Below are positions 63,913-64,000 of a stretch of 64,000 bases of DNA, in pieces. Below the pieces are notes generated by a model that ran no database searches, was not told where the DNA came from, and was given only the letters and a program-made list of their open reading frames with translations. The DNA is from Savitreella phatthalungensis (taxonomy: Eukaryota): assembly GCA_051599415.1 (NCBI GenBank), contig AP039703.1, forward strand, positions 1-64,000, in the 5' to 3' direction. A program made the position numbers and the translations under genes. Within the stretch, counting starts at the first letter, position 1, and the number at the start of each line of letters is the position of its first letter.

Positions 63913-64000
63913 AGCCTTCAGACCTGCGTACGAAGCATCTGCTGAAGATGTCTGTGGTCCTCACACAAAGCACTCGATCGCGTATCGAAGGAAGGTTGCC

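Overview
Left end of a fungal chromosome. The first 74 nt look like an untrimmed Oxford Nanopore adapter plus native barcode (matching NB06 as I recall it), joined to ~106 bp of (CCCTAA)n telomere. A CpG-poor, repeat-built subtelomere of ~7.6 kb follows. It holds a 28-bp minisatellite, a CCTAG/CCTGG-based repeat family interrupted by a CCC...GGG CACTA-like non-autonomous element (2-bp AT target-site duplication, with the empty site visible next to it), and two tandem ~1.1-kb composite units. Each unit has a tRNA-derived A/B-box segment, conserved hairpins, 9- and 13-bp satellites and a CCCTAA/TTAGGG hairpin. From ~8.2 kb on is a very compact, intron-poor gene array of about 33 genes, with several overlapping stop codons and divergent gaps under 100 bp. 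It includes an orphan PD-(D/E)xK-like gene next to the subtelomere, an atypical nitrate reductase, a peroxisomal bacterial/plant-type citrate synthase, purine-catabolism genes, a urease gene encoding only the gamma+beta part, a 4-intron cutinase, and a pogo/Fot1 transposon with perfect 42-bp TIRs whose transposase is broken by two in-frame TGA codons. Compactness, 44-56 nt introns, TTAGGG telomeres and a complex I subunit suggest an early-diverging ascomycete (Taphrinomycotina-like). That placement is inference only. All product calls come from motif recognition, not database searches.
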